DNA of 63,996 nucleotides, filler included, from Perkinsus olseni (Eukaryota): NCBI GenBank assembly GCA_013115125.1. It is 3 parts of 3 records of this genome, joined end to end, with 100 filler letters (N's around TTAATTAATTAA, not from the genome) between each part and the next. Parts side by side here need not be neighbours in the genome. Positions count along the whole stretch, not along the records: positions 45,483 to 63,996 come from JABANN010000613.1; 2 more parts are not named here. One strand, 5' to 3'. Shown piece by piece: positions 60,136 to 63,996 of this stretch (position 1 is its first letter; each line of letters starts with the position of its first letter). The notes under the pieces were generated by a model. It saw only the letters and a program-made list of their open reading frames with translations, ran no database searches and was not told where the DNA came from. The position numbers and the translations under genes were made by a program.

Positions 60136-63100
60136 TTTACTGTCTTCTCCAACCGAGCTGGCGGCCTGGCAGCCGTCAGTTTTACCACGTAAATCTACCA
60201 TCAACGTACGTTATCTATTCTGTTTCTACTGAGACCTTTCGTCTTTGTGTTCACTCAGAGGAGCCCTTCCGGTGACACGGGTGGAACTCGTTGAGTTCGG
60301 GCTGATCTGCGATGAGGGTCTTTTGTTACTATTAGATGTATGGGGGGTTGAGTGATGAGATGAGAAGGGGGGCGCTGAGAAAGCCTCGAGTATCCGCGCA
60401 AATGTTCAGGCATCGCCACACATAAGTAAGTGTCACCGCAGCAATACTCAGTAGCTCATTCTGAATGGACCTATAACAACTCTGTATGAAGCGTCCCTAT
60501 CTGTTCGTTAGTATTTATTAAAGTACGATAGACCTCGCAAAGTAGATGTTGACGGAGCAATGTAGCGAGGTCCAGGTGGAAATCATCCCAGTACGGCGAC
60601 GCCGCTGCCACATTATCGCCGGTCGTTGGGGTTTGTGTGACGGTTGTGGTCGACGCTGAGTCTTTCAGGATTGTTTCTTTCATGCTTGCTGCGTTGGGAC
60701 GAGGATTGAGTGGACTAGCTGGTGAGCTCGGGCTGGGGATGTGACTAGTCACTGACCAGGTGAAGCAGTTGTTGCATCATACTGTACTCGTCATCTTAGG
60801 ACTGTATTCGCGTTGGCGCAGCTCACGTACTTAATGTTTCGAATTATGGGCAAAAATTTTGGAAAGTTTCTTACTATTACGGGTGGCTTAGTGCTGATCA
60901 GAGGGTAGTTTCATGATGGGGTAACCAGATAGATTGCACTGAAGTACCACATTTTTCGAAACTTTTGTGCGCCATGCCAAAGATAGTCCACTTTTCAATC
61001 TAAGTTGTGGATGTGGAAAGCAGCCTTGATAAGGTTCCAGGGCAGTGAGCTGAGCGCACCCCGGGTACCGTATTTTAGGTTCCATAGCGAACAGCCGCGG
61101 CGGAGTCCGAGGTAGCCCGTTGACGCTCTGTCGCGGCTCGCTGGCGCCACCAGTAGGTCCCTGGTAGTGTGTTTGTGGAGGGAGTCATCCCAATTGACAG
61201 ATTGTGAGATTCCAACAGCAAAGATTCGCGACATGGCAGCCTGGGCAACGAGGCACTAGGCGTATGCGGTTCTCTAGGATGGGCACTACACTGGTTCCAT
61301 CTCTTTGGAAATGGTAGCAACTCGGCGGCCGTGGCAAGGCCTCGGGCAGAGCGCCTGTCAGACAGTGGTCGTCGGGCTACGACTGTGCCCCCGTCCAACG
61401 ATTGTTGTATTGAACACCGCCAAGTTGTGTGGTGGTGAGGACCTGTATTGGGATCCTTTAGGTATCATCGTCACGGTTATTGGGCAACAAGAAAGAAGAA
61501 TCTCCACTTTACTAAGAAGAGGTGAGCAGAGCTGGGCGTCTGAATAATGAATGCCTTCTTCCCGCGATCACGGCAAGTCTTTATCGCATGGAATATGGGT
61601 CCCATATTTTGGGTGAGCGGCGAGATGAAGCTAATGATCAATCTGTCTTATTCAAACGACCTTGGATAGGATCAGCCAACAACTCGGTTTTTATGTTAGG
61701 CCACACAAGTTCCATCTCGCGGTAGGGTTCGGCAAGCGGGCCAATTCGTATAAGAAGATGTACGTTGGCAGTCGAAAGGATAATTCTTACTACAAGCCGA
61801 TCAAGAACTACTGTCGATTTTGAGTGCATCAGCACGACGAGCATCAGCATGTTTCAGTATCATCGTACAGCTGCTTTGTGTTGTCAAGTATCCATTGGTA
61901 GCTTTCTTGGCCGCGCCCGAATAGCCAACCTGACCGAAGTCCTCGGCCTTTCGGAGCTTAAGAAAGGAATAACCTCTGGGGAAACACATGCTAGATGTGC
62001 AGCGTCTGCGTGACACAATTGACCACTAGCTCCATCATACAAGCCTCCGGTCATTGAACCCAATCCTCACCACTACTCTTCACTATCTGTTCTACCTCGT
62101 CTACTACGATCCCAATCTACTCCTGTCGTGCTCTGTAACTGCAGTGCCGCTACTGCACACACCACAACGAGAGTGCACGTTCTTCAAATAGAAGCCTTGG
62201 ACAGCCTCGAATTGTCATCACCATCCTCAGAGCAGCAGGACTCGCTTAGAAGGCAAATTTGCAGTCGCTGGCACCCAATCCGCGGGGTAATACCGGCAAC
62301 GCGCTAAAAGCGACCAATACGATAATGAGGAATTATTAAGTGAAGCTCCCTCACTAAGGGACGCTTTACCAACGGGGTGCAGCACCTTAAGTGCTTGACG
62401 CGGAGTTTAGTCTGATGGTAACATGGTGTTCTATCCACACTCTGGAAGACTCTACCAGTACTTTCTGGAGGGCAACAGCGGTGAAAACGATCTTTGTGTT
62501 TGGCATCTCGTTGTTATTGCCCAGACTGTCGGTCTCTCAGCCGTTATCCACCCTCACCGGTTCCACCGCGCGGTATTGCCTGCTCTGTTCCCAGCCTTAG
62601 CCAGTGCCCGCGACTTCGGATGTTCGGATGTGATGACTTCCGCCTTCCCACCCGAGCTTAGTGGCCCCTTGGGATGGGCTGCTGATCTCCGACCGACCCT
62701 CGGCACGACACACCATTCGCACAGATCTTGCCCCCGCATGGGTTACAGGTGCTCGCTACACACCCGGCTTGTGAATATACGGTTGTTATAGCGTCACGTG
62801 GTTCAATTTACAGGCAGTCGGGAATGGAGTGGTATGACCTGGGCTCTCGCCTCTTGTGAAAGTGTCCCACTTTTGTGTTGACTCGTCATTGATGAGTAAA
62901 TCGCTAGAAACCACTGCCGCCCTTATCAGTGATGAGAGCAGATAGTTGTTCCCGTACACAAAATGTCGACTTAAACCTCATTGTAGTACAGTTGGCCGAC
63001 TAATTCGATGCCGTCAAGGGATAGTATCCCTGGGATACACTTGCCTGCTGGGGCTCGACAAAAGGGGGTGGCATGAAATGTGCAAGAGAGCGTCATTCGT

Positions 63101-63996
63101 GAGGGAAGGGTGGCCAGTGAAACTTTCTATGGATGGAAACCGTATGAGCGACCTGAGGACGCCGACCTCACACTGCGTTACGAGGGCGGCCGTTGTGACG
63201 GCATTCGGCCTGAGAGGCTCCGGGATGACGCTGCTCTATTGGAGTTTGTAGAGGAACTTTGGAACGGAACTTGTCCTAGCGAAAGGTGATTGTCATCATG
63301 TCCAGACCGTCTGGGCCAGTCGGTCGTACTCCAGCCGGCAGGTTACGCAGGGAGTTCGATGAGGTGATCGACCGTCCATCCATGTCCCTATTCACGCGAA
63401 TAGAGGAGCTGCAGGGGGATCTCTCAATGGTCAAGTCCCTTGGGCCGGTCTATAATACTAGTCCTCAAACACCTAGAAACGATAGGAGCGAGCCGCACGA
63501 GGGTACGCTCGAGAAGACGGCAGATGGTTTCGGTGGGTCTAGTAGCAAGACTTATCGCTGTCAGCGCTAGCAGGACCGTGCGCGAGCCGTTATAAGTGCT
63601 GCTGTATAGGAAGTTCCTATTAGGAACTACAATCAGAGAATGGCAAAACATAGTGAAAATTTGAAATGGGAGCATCTTTCTGTGCACCGACACCACCACA
63701 GAGATCATCGTAGAGAGGTTCAGACTAATCGCGATGCCTGAGCAGTTCTGGGATTGGCATGGACGGCAAAACCAGGCTGAGACGATTGACATTCGTCGAT
63801 TGTGGAATATCTTGTGGCCGTGGCTGACGAGAGTGATGATGTGGGTAAATTCTAACCGTCTGAAGATAAGTTGCGGAGTATCGTACTTCGAACCAGATGT
63901 TTGAAGGACGGCAAAGATGCTCTTCGACACCGCCTTCGAGCTGTCGAGCGACTAGAACTTGCTTCGCAACATGAGGGAGCAAGCTGCAGCGTGACC

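Noticed and set aside
60436-60470. Minus-strand SIQNELLSIAA resembling a hAT transposase motif
   Set aside because: Too short; no DDE or dimerisation motifs nearby.
63604-63627. FRT-like gaagttcctata
   Set aside because: No 8-bp spacer or complete 13-bp arms; better explained as an excision scar.
60300-63996. Short ORFs in the 3' end of the window
   Set aside because: Some exon-like pieces (63080-63996, plus strand) but no family or consistent gene model could be supported.

Overview
Eukaryotic genomic DNA. Short ~45-55 nt GT-AG introns, a nuclear-encoded mitochondrial ATP synthase alpha and intronless tandem gene arrays suggest an alveolate protist such as Perkinsus; this is inferred from gene style, not from a database search. 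Two 100-nt N-gaps with an artificial TTAATTAATTAA linker split the window into three contigs. Content: a degraded 5' region (~0.8-12 kb) with gene remnants, a secreted mucin-tailed protein and a Tourist/Harbinger-like MITE; a Cys-rich secreted protein; ATP synthase alpha (13 introns); a double-GNAT gene; an enolase 3' end; nine tandem intronless sugar-porter (MFS) genes; a compact bromodomain-ET / FAM241-like / ZNF706-like block; three LicD/fukutin-like genes; and a ~10 kb intron-rich RRP5. Two signals stand out. (1) A dense cluster of exact hAT-type hairpin excision footprints (an 8-bp target rewritten as AX + revcomp(AXH) + XH) with no transposon left behind. (2) Several spliceosomal introns in unrelated genes that carry tRNA 3'-half-like sequence (T-arm + 7-nt acceptor-like strand + A + oligo-T).
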